Below, piece by piece: positions 15,766 to 29,500 of a stretch of DNA of 64,000 nt. The notes beneath the pieces were generated by a model. It saw only the letters and a program-made list of their open reading frames with translations. It was not told where the DNA came from and searched no databases. Positions within the stretch are counted from its first letter, which is position 1. Each line of letters starts with the position of its first letter. The DNA is from Geosiphon pyriformis uo1 (lineage: Eukaryota > Fungi > Glomeromycota), in the NCBI GenBank assembly GCA_016748015.1, contig JAAOMT010000675.1, positions 496,001 through 560,000 of the forward strand. Direction: 5' to 3'. Made by a program: the position numbers and the translations under genes.

Positions 15766-18135
15766 CCATTTATTACTAGATTAACAGCTTGAGCATGATT
15801 AGCTTTAAGTTCAGCAGATTCAAAATCTCTGGCGTAGATAACTGCTGCTTGAAGATTGACTAAATGTAATGGGCATATGTATTAGAGAATATTACTGTAT
15901 AGACTGTAAATAAACTGGTTTAAAATTTGTGGCTCTGTAAAATAATTAGCATTAATTGCTTGGATCTGGTGCAGATTTCTGTGGAAGCATCCTAAATAAG
16001 TAGTAACTGCTTCAGTTTTTCCTTGCTTAATGATGGTAAAGGTATTGACTAAGTAATTAATACTATTATTATTGCTAAAATATTTCAAGAACTCCATTTT
16101 AAATGCATTGAAAGTGATAGGTTTGTTGATTAAGCTTTGATACCATGAATTGGAAGTATCTTGCAAAAAGTATGGAATGGCCTGTAAGACTCTGACATCA
16201 TTTTAATTGTTAACAGTAATTGCTTTGATGACATTATTGAGCCAAACTTGGGCATTATCTTTTTTGCCAGTAAATTTTTTTAATTTGGTAATAGAAGCAT
16301 ATGTTATTAGTACTATGACTTGTTGTTGTTGTTGTGGTGATTGTTGAAGTGGTTGTTGTGGTTGTTGTTGAGAGAGTATTGGCTGCTATAGTGGTTCAGC
16401 AATTAGCTCAATGAGTAGTTAATTAATTATAATTACTAGAGATAAGTGTTAATTAATAATATCAGGATTGAAATTGTTCTGATTTTGCTGAGTTTGAATA
16501 TTCAAAGTTTTAATTTCTGGATTTTTTACAATTGGGTTTTGATAATTGAATTTCTGGTTGTTGTTTTCCTCTTTTTCTGATTTCATTACTTTCCAAAAAC
16601 TCATGATTCCAAAATCTGGTGGAGATGGCAGTAATTGATATTTTAATGGTGTCAGTAATCATAATTTAAATTTCTCAAAATATTTGCTATAGGTTCCTAA
16701 TAAGTCAGCTTTTAATTGTTTACTTTAAAATGATATTTATGCCAATAGTGTTTTTATATTTAATGTGAATGTACCTGTTAATGAAATGTTGATAATGCTT
16801 TTAGGTGTATAGTAATATAATGAATGGGTTGGTAATTTGACTCTTGTTTTCTTCCAAATAGGTGGTTGTATTTTCTGAGGTGTTATTGCTGGTGTTTATA
16901 GTTTTCTTTTACCTTTGGTTGTGTAAATAATAAGATATTTTTGTTGAGTGTGATGTTTAATTTCTCTATTGATTTCAATTATGATTGTTGTAAAATTATA
17001 ATTTGCTAATAAACTGGTGTTTTAAATTAATTTGTTGTAAAAATTTCTTTTTGCTAAATCAGTTTCTACTAGTACTCCTAGCAAATATGAAATTTTCTCA
17101 TTGACATAGAAATTGAAAGTAGACTTTGCTAATAGGTGATTGTTAATTAATCCCAATTGTTGACAATAATGCTAAAATAAGGATTTGGTGAATCCTAAAT
17201 AGTTTGTTCCTATTCTTTCTGATTCTGCCACTTTTGGATAGTTGTTGTTAATGCTGGTTCTTTGTAGGATTATACTTTACAGAAAGCACTAAATGTTACA
17301 AGTAATTATTTGGAGTCTTAAATCAAATAACAAACCTGTAACTTGGTGCTAATTTATTTGATGAGGTTGGTAATATCTGTAGGTTGTTTGTATTTGAAGG
17401 TTTTGGTTGAGTTCTTTGTATAATAAACAGAGATTTAATAGTTGGTTTTAGTAGTCTCTTAGAATTACAATTCTGTCAAATTTCTTTTTTTAACATAATA
17501 GTCAGTAATTCTTTTAGTAAGCTATTCTTAAATTTATGAGTTCTCTACCTTTGTTTCACGGATCTTTTACCAATTTCTATGACATTTGTAACTTAGCACT
17601 TTTAATTTTTAATCAATTAGTAAAACAAACAAAAAAATAAAAAATAAAAAATAAAGAAATCAAGCAATTAAGCCAAGGCAATTAAGTTAATATCTCATCA
17701 ATAGCCATAATCAAAAGCTATTGTTCTAGCATGATTAAGTATTGGCAGCTATTAACATAAAGTGTTAATAGTAAAAAGTGGATTGAAATAGCAAATAATT
17801 ATTTATTAATATTTGTGAATTAGAAAGTTGCTTAGATAAAATCTAAACTAAAAGGTTTTTTTTTCTGCTTCTAATGCTACTGTTATATATACATTATTGA
17901 GATTCTTCAATTCCTTAATTTTTTACACCAAGAATCTTGGAATTCTTGAAATCCTGCAATTCTTATAAGAAGAATCCTGGAATTTTGGAATCCTGCAATT
18001 TCTTATATGAGAATTCTGTAATTCCTAAAATCTTGCAATTCTTCTGAGAGGAATTCTAGAATTTCACATTTACTATAGCTATTTCTGATTGGCTAATTTA
18101 TATGCTAGTATACTTTCTATATTCTATAAGTAACA
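15766..18135 (-). mobile_element. Truncated Gypsy element C (5' LTR 17294-18135, PBS, 5' part of gag), interrupted by A
   Basis: Minus-strand gag (QDTSNSWYQSL...ANHAQAVNLVING) abuts the 3' LTR of A. PBS remnant agaaagcactaaa lies next to the LTR, whose + strand ends are tgttacaag...aagtaaca. Confidence 0.88.
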
Positions 18136-18434
18136 ATAGAAACTAAGTTGTGATCAAGTATCAAATTATAGATTTTTAATAAGTTTAAGGGTGTATATAT
18201 CTTTATGTCTGAATTGAAAAAGAATTTTCTTGGTGCTGAGATAGCTATTATTATGAACAATTCTTTGGCTCATTATGTTTCTAAGATGGAAGAGATTTCT
18301 GGTCAAGTTATTTAGGTATAGCTTTTATTTAAAGGCAAGCTCTCAGTTATGGTTCTGAATTTGTATGCTGGTGCTTCATTTGAAGTTAGATTTGGACAGG
18401 CTTTGGCAGTAAACTCTCTCATTACTAAGGCTGT
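18136..18434 (+). mobile_element. Non-LTR retrotransposon (LINE) fragment: AP-endonuclease domain, decayed
   Basis: Translates as ETKL...FLGAEIAIIMNNSLAHYVSK...KGKLSVMVLNLYAGA, matching EEP-fold motifs (ETK; GVAI; LYA). It is bounded by LTRs on both sides. Confidence 0.78.
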
Positions 18435-21400
18435 TGTTACCAATAGAATTTAGCTATTAAATTAGCATAAAATTACTCTCATTATTTCTATTATTAATTA
18501 ACATACATTATTATTTATTTTGATTATTACTTATTATTTAATCAAATTATCAAATATTATTACTTAATCAATAATTTGATTTGTACTCTAGAAATTAAGA
18601 TAATCAAATTACACAATACCTTGAACCATTTAACATAGTCAAAATTTGCTAAAATTAATGGAAATTGGCTGAAATAATCAATAGTTCAGTGAAATAACTT
18701 GTAGTTTGCCAAAATGTATCTTTAATTTACCCAAATTGTAGCAAAAAGAAAAGTGCAAGTTCAAAGACTAGTATTACAACAAGTTGTATAAAAAAAAAGC
18801 TTTTCTCTTTAAGAAAATGTATCTTCTCATAGTATTTTACCATAGTATTTTATTTTAGATATCTTAATTAAAACAAATCATCTTTTACACATTTCAAATA
18901 AAAATTAAATATTTGAAAAACAAATCTTTTGATTATTACACTTGAAATTCTCTCAACACAACTAACATTTTGAAATTGATTAGCTACCAATTTCAGTAAA
19001 CTGTTAGTGACTTCAGATCTGGATAAAAAACGTTTTCCTTGATAAAATCTCATTTTTTTTACATTTCTTTTATTTTTTTTTCTTTTTTTATTATCATTAT
19101 TAGGGTAGCCTACAGACAAGATTCCTGTAGAAAAGTTGACTTTCACAGCAAAGTAACTACACATTTTTAGTGAGCTTCCAGACAAGCAATTTCTGGAAAA
19201 GAGTTGATGTTTACTACAATGTAATTACACAAAGTAACTGGTATGGAATTGGCCATTCTACTCATAAGTCCAGCAGTTTAAATTATAGAAGATAATTTAA
19301 AGACAAATTCAGTTACTGGAGGTCCAACTACTTTCTAAGAGCATAAATTCACAGCAAATTAACATTAACAACATTCAAAAAAAGAGACCAAAAACCTCTA
19401 GTAATATTTGGTGCTTTCCTATAAAAATAACACAGCAATAACAACTTCAAAGTGGTGGCCACACCAGACACAACAACTCTAGAGTATTATCAGTCAATTT
19501 ACACCCATTGCAAACAGAGATTTAACATTCCAGACGAAATTGAAATTGTTAAGAAGACACTTTACCAGTATATTAAAAACTGTATTAACAATTATCTTTT
19601 TAGAAACTACAACATTTCAGAAGTCAGAAACAATCTTTACAATAATTTAATGCACTATTCACAATTGGAAACAGAAGACCTGAACAGTGAAACACTTGCT
19701 ACCTACTTTCAAGAACTTAATTTTAACATTATTGAGTATTGTGAAAAAAAATACCCAGTACAGTCCAAATACTCTCTTGACTTTGAATCAGAAACAGAAA
19801 CAAGCAACAAAGGCAAACAAAAAGTGAAACAATACTCAAGAACCACTCCAAACACTTCAATACTACCAAAGACAACTGCCAAACACTTGCAAACATCTGA
19901 ACAAAGAACCAGTGTCAAATTACCATTTTTTATTACCCCATTTCCAATTTTACTTGCTTGATCACAAACACCAAATTTACCACTTATCCATTTTTCAAGA
20001 CTAGAAAATTTTCAGTCACCTAAAAGTTCTATTCAACAACAGAAACCCATATCAACAAGCACCAATATTATTGATTACTTACAAAAAAATGAAAGCAATC
20101 ATTCAGAAAACATGGAAAGTAAGGAAGCTGAATCAGAACAAGAAGAAACCACAAAAAACAAAGAAGAAATAACAACTGCTTACATTGCAAAAATTTTCAG
20201 AATTTACTGGTAAAGATAATGATACAAGCCCTCAAAAATGGCTTGACAAAGTCCAGAAAGCAGAAGATGCAAATGGTTAGAATGCAGCAAAAATGCTCAA
20301 AGCAATCCCATACTTTCTCCAAAAAACTACAAGAGAATGGTTTGAAAACTTAAAAAAACTATTTAGAAACTAGCAAGCATTCAAAAATGCTTTCTTACAA
20401 CAATTCACTAACAACAACACTTTTATCACTTTCTGCAATCCCTTTTGCAATATCAAACAAGAAATATCTGAAACTGTTATGACTTATCTTAAAAGATTCA
20501 ATAAACTTCTTAGACAAATTCGACAATTGAAAACCAACAATTACTATTCCGATGCTCAGATTTTGGATCAATTTATAGCAGGATTAAAAGACAAACTTAT
20601 TAAAAAAGTTTGTCCATATGCTTCAGAAGATCTAACCATTGCCATTAAACATGGAAAGAACTATAAAATAACAATGAAAGAAGCAAACCACACCAAACTT
20701 GTCAATTTAGCTATTGGAAAAACCAGCTCAGCAGTGGAAAAAAAATAGACCAACTCACAAAAAAAGTTGAAAGCTATTTTACAAACCAACAACAACAGCA
20801 GCAACAATCACAAAGATATCAACCTCCACAACAATGCAATCAGAACAACTTTGGAACACCATCCAACAACCAACCTCAAAATTGTCATTACTGTGAAATC
20901 CCAGAATACTGAAAATAAGATTGCAGAAAATTACAGAGAGACCAACAAAACAGGAGTAATCAACATTACTCTTCACCACAACAATTTTATTACCAACCTC
21001 CACCACCAACTTATTATCCACCAAGACCACAAAATCAAAACAGTTATTATCAACCAGTTCCACAACCAATGCAGCAACAATATCAGCAATCTTTACCAAC
21101 TCAGCAATATCAGACACTACCCACTCAACAATATCAAATACCAGCCAGAAAATTGGTTCAATATAACCAATTCACATCTCAAAATCAATTCAGTAATAAT
21201 AACAATAGAATCAACCCAAATAACCAGTTAGTTCCCCAAAATTCTGGTCAGCAAAAACCAAATTACTATTACACTCAACCCAGTTATCTTACAATGCCTG
21301 AAGGATTGGATTTTTAACAAACTGTACTTTCTGAAAGTGAAATTGCAGCACCAAGATCAAACCCTTCCAACAATATTATTCTACCAGTTCAAATTGCCCA

Positions 21401-23575
21401 AAATGCCAATCTTTCAAATATATTCTCATTCAAATTTGAAGCAAATGAATTACCATTCTTGCTTAACAATACAACAGTCAATAAGCAAAAAACTATTACT
21501 GCCATGTACACTAAAGCTACAGTAGACGGAAAGCCCATTTGATTAATTTTAGACAATAGATTTGTTAGAAGTATTATCACCTACTAATTAATACAACAAC
21601 TTAATCAAAATGTCAACAAACCAGCCCAAACAGTAATTGTTATAGCAGATGATATGAAAAAGATACCAGTAGGAGAAATTGACAATTTCTCATTTACTAT
21701 TAATAGAATCATCATTTCAGTTAAAGTTCTAGTTATAAATACACTCCAATACTAAGCTCTTATTGGAAATGATTGGCTTCTCAAGGCCAATACAAAGTTA
21801 GATTGGGAAACTTAGAAACTCAAAATCTCATACCAAGAACAATACACTATAGTACCTGCTACTTGTAGCACTTTTAACAAATGATCAGAAAAAGCCCCAG
21901 TGTTTGAATTCGAAAAGGAGAAGGAAATTCCACTTATGAAAACTTATATGGCACTTGGATTAACATTCAATTAGGCTGAGAAAACAGAACAAGAAATTTT
22001 TGAAGAATCAAGAGGATGGAAAAAAGTTAGGTATTTTACACCAAAACCACAAAAAAAACCACCATACATCTCACTAAAATACAAAGATTGCAAGAAGAAG
22101 CTTTTATCAATAGAAGCATGTATTTCTACAGAAAAGGAATATGAAACTCTGCTACTTTTGCAAAGTGTGTCATAGAGAACGATTTGAATATCCCAAAAGA
22201 AGTGGAAAATGAGACAACACTCCTTGTCTTACATGTGGAGATATGCTACCAGAAGAATACAACTGGATTGATGTTGCAATGAGAGAAGAAGTATGTGATC
22301 AAACCTGTTAATATGCTCTATCAATTTTGGAAAAAGTCAGAAGAGAAACACTATTTGATACAGCATACAACAATGCTCTCAATAAACTCTACTACTACTC
22401 TAATGATTTTTGACTTAGCAATGACATTAATTAATAGAGCCATCCAAGAAAATGTTCGCCAAATGAAAGAAGCTGAATACATTGAGTATACTATGGAATT
22501 AACTGGATTTGATTATGAAAATAAAGTAAAAACCTACTACCAAATTGCAAGTCATATATACCCAACCAAAGAAGCTTAAATTCAATGATTAAAGCAAATA
22601 AACATTCAATTATGTGAAAAATGTGTTATGTTTTGTGATAACCAATAGTGTTTAGAATGCTATGCTCTTAGCATTCTCCTGCCAGATAAGAATGATGAAA
22701 ACGAAATCAAATTTGGAGTATCTAAACTGGTAGAAAAGCTATCAACCACATTCATTTATCTTTTTGAAAATCAACCACCTCTACAACTTAAATATTTTGA
22801 CAACCATGGCCAAGGAATCAGACCAGAAAAAGCACATGAAATTAATATTGGATATGATCTAAGATACCCAGAAAAAGATATTTTGGTTCTTCAACCAAAG
22901 TTCTTGACAAAAATCAATCTCAAAATTGCTCTTAAAATTCTACCTGGAGCAATGGTTCAAATTGCATCCAAATTATCATTGGCAAACAAAGGAATCAACA
23001 TTAGAGGAAAAGTTATAGATACAAAATATACTGAAGACATTACCATTATGCTACAGAATAAAACTGACAAACCATTCAAAATTGAACATGCTGAAAAAAT
23101 TGTCCAAGCAATTTACCTACCCTTAATCAACATTTCGGGTTTATAATCAGTTAATAACAGAGAACAATTGAGAAAAAGTGAAAGAAAAATGCAAGGTTTT
23201 GGTTCAACTGGACGATTTACAGTATCAGTAAACATAGCTCTCAATACACAGAATGAATCTCACCAGATTCTTCAATTTCTCCAACCAATTACCATTTCAT
23301 CTTTTGGAGAACATCAAGAAATTTACACTTGCTCAAAACCCACCACCACCCAACAAATCTTTGAATCCAATAAACAAATCTGTTTAAAACATGAAATCTC
23401 AATCCCAAATGTTTATATTTTCAAAGAAATAAAAAAATTTCAAATTACATTCTACAACCCCAATAATTATCCTATTGTTTTATTGAACAAATTAGAGATT
23501 AGAATCATATACAGTAACATCTTTCAAGATGAAGACTCTCAAATTGTCTCTAATTTTATCGAAATTATAAGACAT

Positions 23576-26500
23576 TGTTATGGGTAAACTTGGTGGGTAT
23601 GAGAAATGGTAACGTTTGGTGCTTTCAATTATTGATGATGTGTCTTTCACGTAATTCTGTTGGCTTAGTTTTGATTATCAGTCTCTGAAGGTCTATTTCT
23701 GGATGTGAATTTTACCCATTGAGTTCTTTGGTTATAAGGCACAGAGTTTGTCTTTCGTCAATTGCAATGTTTTTTGTAAATGTGAGCTTTCTTCTCCAAG
23801 TTAATGAGTGCAGTTGTTAGGGTCTGGTGTTGTCTTCTCACCCTTCTGGTAAGCTAACAAGATAATGTTAATATCCAAAACTTAGGGGGAGCTTCCTTCT
23901 TTTACCAGACTATTACGAAGTCTATTCCCAGACAGTCGATTTTACTATGTTGCTGCTCCACAAAAAAATAAGACAGAAAAAGAAAGAAAAAGAAAAAGAA
24001 AAGAAAAAAAAAGAGAGAAAAGATAAATTAGTATTGTCAATCGCCGTGATCAAGAATGATTGGTCCAAATCGTTAATAGGTTCGAGGTAGTTATGCTAAG
24101 AGCATCTGTTCTAAAATGGAGGTACGAGACAAGGGTTAATTCACGTAAATTCCACGAAGTTTGAGAACATAAATTTGTGATTCTGATTTTTTTTAATAAT
24201 TGGTTTATTTCAGGAGATGAAATAGGAAAAATAATAAAGGATGAAGGGGTATGGATATTTTAATTTCTGGTCTAGAGGTTCGTATCTATTTTTTTTTCTC
24301 TGTCTTTTCTCATTTCTACAACTACTTGCTTTTATATATTCTTTTGGTTTTACAGGATTGCTTTCAATTGTCTCACTATCGCTAGCTATTGCTTTGTTGT
24401 TTCTGTTATTGCTTCATTTTTCTATGTTATTGCTAGTTATCCTATGTTATAATACGTTATCTGACATTATTACATGTTATTCTGTGTTATCCTGCATTAT
24501 GACACGTTATCCTACGTTATTGCACGCTATTCTGTGTTATCCTGCGTTATAACACGTTATCCAATGTTATAATGCATTATCCAATGTTATTGTGTGTTTT
24601 TCTGTGTTATGTCATGTTTTGGTTACATTTCTTCATAACTTTGAATCAATTTTTTTACTTGGGTAACATTATCCCTTTCTTTTTAAAATTGAGCTTCTAC
24701 AAAACTGTATGTATCTGTTATCATGGCTTCATTCGTGTAATGTTCAATTGTTGCCTTGAGTATTGCCTTTTGTAGGTCTTCAAACTGTTGATTGGTTATT
24801 CATTCTATGCTGTTAACTGTTATGGTTTTTATAGATCCGTTCAGTAGTACGTTTGGGCAATGTTAGAAGGCGGCGTATAGTCGGTATGCTGCTTTGTAAT
24901 GTAGGGTCAGGTTGTTTTTCCCTACGAATTTTTCTACTTGTTATATTGCTTCTTTGTTGAACATTTTCTGGCTGAGGTCTTTGTATGGTGTTTTTAAGTC
25001 AAGCTGTTCTCCAATTTTGTAGAACCAATAAGTTGGAGAAAGTTTTTCTTTCTATTCCTGGACATTGTTAGGTGTTCACTTCCCTGTTTTGGGGAGTTTG
25101 GTTCCACGAGCTAAAGCTTCTTTTATTTCTTTGAGCTCAGGGACCAAGTATTTTCTTTTGTAACTTTTTTCTCATTTTTTGCCTCCTTCTTTTCCATCCT
25201 CCACCTGAAGACAATTTTTCCTCCTACATTGCCTTTCGGGTGATGGGTAGGAGAGGGAACATTTAGTTTTAATTGAACTCTCGTCCTCCCCTTTTCTGCT
25301 CTTATCTTTGTACCGTATTTTTTTTTTATCAATTGTTATTTCTATTTGAAATGTCGATTTTTGAATTGTTTCAAATAATTGTTTAGATAATTTTAAAATT
25401 TGATCTGAAAGATTCATGTTGAAATTTCTATTATTTCTTGCTTCTTTTTAGATGCTATATATATTTGAATTCCCCAATTTAATTTGCTGCCTGTTGTCTA
25501 CATTTTGATGACAATGATTGGTTCCAGATCTCATAGTATATCTTCTGGTCTGATTAATGAAATTTGTGTTCCTAGTTGAGGTACTGATAATGATGATTCC
25601 TGTTTTACATGATAAATTTTTAACCGATTTCCATGCACTACTTTCTTTAAAATCCTGTCTTCCAATCATAATTTGTAAGCTCCATTTTCTAACGCTTCGT
25701 GTATGTGGAATGGACCATCCCACTTTGGGTCGAACTTTTCACTCCACTGTTTCTCAGCTTTTGTACGATGTAACAGTACTTGGTTTCCAATCTTGAATTC
25801 CATTGGTTGTTCTGATAAGTGTTTATCATGTCTTTCTTTTTGTCATTTTTGAGCATGACTAATATTGCCAGCTGCTGTTCTTCGATTGTTTTCCAATGTT
25901 TCCATTAACTGGTACATTCTTTGGTATAAAGTAGCCTCAAAATTTTCTTCATTGATTGTTTCTGTTGGGTATGATGGTATCACTTGTTCAATTGGTAACA
26001 TAGCTTTTCTTTCATAGACTAGTTTGAACGGTGTGAACTGAATCATATTTTGTTTCAATATTTGGTATGCAAAGAGTACAGAAGATATAAATAAGTCCTA
26101 TTTTTGTCTGTTTTCATGACTTATTTTTGCTAGTGCTTCGCACAGTGTTCTGTTAAATTGTTTTACCAGTCTGTTCATTTGTGAGTGGTATGGTGACAAT
26201 AAGAGTCTCTTTATTCCAAACCATTGGCTTAGTTTAGTCAGTGTATTATTAACAAAGTGTGTTTCTTAATCAGATAATAATTCTTTCAGACATCCATGTC
26301 AGCAAATTAAGTCTTGATGCACAAATTTGGCAACTGTTTTGGCATCAGCCACTTGGATTGCTCTGGCTTCTGGCTATTTTGTAAGATAGTCTACGGCTAC
26401 AGTAATATAGCAATTTCTTTGGGATGTAATTGAAAGAGGTCCAACCAAATCGATCCCAATTCTATCAAATGGATTTTCAACTGGAATGGATCGAAGTGGT

Positions 26501-29500
26501 TCTGTTGATCTTGCTTCTCCTCTTCACTGGCATGCATCACAATTGAGCACGTATTCAAAAATGTCTTTGTATATCATTGACTAATAGTATAAGTTTAGTG
26601 TTCTTTCGAGGGTAGTGTCTTTGTTAAAGTGTCCTGCAGTCGGATCTGAATGCACACTATATAGTATAGTTTCTTTTTCACTGTCCGTGATTAGTTGTTG
26701 TGGGTTGGGATGGTTTCGGCGTTCTCGTCAATATAGTTGGTTGTCTTGAATAAAATAATTTCGGGCTTGTTTTTGTATGGTACTCTGTTCCTGTTGAAAG
26801 AATATCTCCTTAAAACGTAGTGTCGATAAGTACTAATGTAGTCGTTGATAAGTGAGTGTGTCCATGAGTCTGGGATTAGGTTTGTGGCATCCTCGACAAA
26901 CTGTCGGCATTGGTGTTCTTGGATCTTTCCTTATAATGGACTTTGAGTGGGAATTGTTGCAGATAAGTATTCCATCTCACATATTTTCTTTTTAGTTGTG
27001 GATTGTTGAATAACCAAATAAGTCCTTTGTGGTCAGTATATAGGTCAAATGGTTGACTGAGATAATGTTTCCAAGTTTGTATGGCCCAATAAATGGCAAG
27101 ACATTCCAGATCTGTTGTGCTGTAATTCTTTTCTGCTGGGCTAGTGCTATGACTAGTGTAGGCAACTGGGTGTTCTCTATTGTCCAGTCTTATCTGTGAT
27201 AAGACTGCTCTTAGAGCATTTTTTGAGGCATCCATAGCAACAATGAACCGTTTAGTGAAATCTGGGTAAATCAGGATTGGGGATGTGATCAATCACTGCT
27301 TGAGATAGTCGAATGCTTTCTATTGATCTTCCTTTTACAAGTATGGTACATATTTGGACAACAATTGATGAAGTGGTTTTGTGATGTTTGAGAAACCTTT
27401 GACAAATTGACGATAATACCCTGCTAATCCTAGAAATCTTCGTAATTCTCTGAGGTTGATTGGAACTGGAAAATCCTTGACTTTTTGTACTTTATCTGAA
27501 TCGGGTTTAACTCTATCCTTGCCAATTACATGTCCTAGGAATTTTAACTCGGTTTTTCCAAAGAAGCACTTCTCGGAATTGAATTTCAATCCAGCACTAC
27601 AAAGGTGTTCGAAGACTTGTTGCAGGTAGAGCAGATGGTCTTCAAATGTTTTGGAAAACACATTTGTGTCATCTAGGTAGACTACTACTGATTTCCAAAG
27701 GATTTTTTTGTATACTACATCCATCAGGCATTGAAACGTGGCAGAAGCATTACAAAGTCCAAAAGGCATTATGTTAAACTCGAAGTTTCTGTCTCAAGTG
27801 GTAAACACTGTTTTTCCTTTGTCTTTAGGGTCCATTTCAACTTGCCAGTAACCACTTGCTAAATCTAATGATGAGAACTATTTCTTTTTCCCTAGATTGT
27901 CCAGAATTTTTTGGATGAGGGGAGTGGGATAACTATTTCCTCACATGACGCTATTTAGTTTTCGATAATCTACACAGAATTGCACTTTTCCATTTTTTTT
28001 GGTGACCAAGACTACTGGCAAAGACCAAGGGCTTAATGATTCTTTGATTAGGCCGTTATCAAACATCCATTGCATTTCTTGCTTAATTAAGTTATCACCA
28101 GATGGGGGTATGCAGTAAGCTTGTTGCTTAATTGGTTGAATGTCTCCTGTATCAATCTGATGCTTCACGATATTGGTGTGTCCGAACTCATTTTCAATGG
28201 CAAAGACATCGGCATACTGATTCAGAAGGACTTTGAGTTGCATTTGTTGCAAAGTACTTAAATTTCCTAAATTCAATTTATTAATCTCTTCTGGTGTGAA
28301 CAAGTAACTTTCTTTTGACAAATTCTATACTTGTGAGGTAATGTCACAGAATAAGAATAATTGTGCAAAATCTGGAATGGACTGGAGTTTTTCAGGATTC
28401 TGACTATCTGCAGATATGGAACTGACGAAGGTCCCTTCGGGGATTTCAATGACATCTTCTGTCAGGTTGTGGATGAAAATTTTGAAATGTTTATGGGCTT
28501 TGGTCGGTAGGTATAGATTAGCAACATTGGCTAGGGAACAGATTTCAGGACTGGCTTCAAATAATAGGGCTTGATCTTGGATCTTTCAATTCACCTTGAG
28601 GATGTATTGTCGGTATGGGGGAATGGAGATGACAGTATCAGTATGGATAAATTCTACCTGGTCACTGTTTTCCTCTGTGAAATTAACTGGTACGTTTCCT
28701 CTTCCACTTGATCCAAACTCATTGATTCCTCAGACAGTGAGGCTTAACTCTTCTCGGGTTGTTATTGGGGTTAATTGGGGTATTTTGACTAGGGGTAGAA
28801 AGATAGCTTGGGTAATCTTTTCTTGTGATTCTATTTTGTAGGGTCTGTCCGAATTGTTCTGTAGCATCACAATAATGTTTCCCGTGTAACTGGCATTGAT
28901 GATTCCTCTTTTTATGTCGATTTTTTTCTTGGCTAGACTAGATTGAGAGGCAACTTGTACCATTGTACTAACAGGAATTTCTAACGCTATCTTAAGATCT
29001 ATTTTTACGAGGGAATGTGGGGCTATAATGATGAGTGATTGTTCAGGATATTATAGGTCGAAACCAGCATCGGTGTCATGTGCTCTTTTGGGGCAGATTT
29101 CTTTCTCATTGTTACTGTACCATTTTAGCTTTAGTTCTTTGGATAGGTTGGGATATGCGAGATACTGTTCTGTTTCAGTATCTTTAGTTGGATCTTGAAA
29201 CAACATGTCCTCGGTGATCAATACCTCTTCTTTGGGTTCAGGTAGTTCGGTGATTGGAAACAGTATTCTTGGAAATGGATTGAATATGAGATCACATTCA
29301 TTGTAGTACTGGAAGTGACAGGAAATTAAACAGTGATCGCATAGTTTGGTATTTAAATCAGCCAACCTTTGCTCCTGTTTCTCGCGAGTTGGGGCCAATT
29401 CCTGATATCAGTTCTGAAATGTGTCTGGGTCATCTGTGAAGAAATCATTCTCGGAGTAGTTGGGTCCAGTATATTCGGGCGTCCAAGGATTGTCCTTAAT

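Noticed and set aside
18868-19185. 105-aa minus-strand ORF
   Set aside because: It lies inside the LTR of D and shows no domain similarity.
24241-24775. Hydrophobic ORFs (also 33387-33900) as Env or membrane proteins
   Set aside because: They are antisense translations of the T-rich, repetitive strand of the B LTRs.
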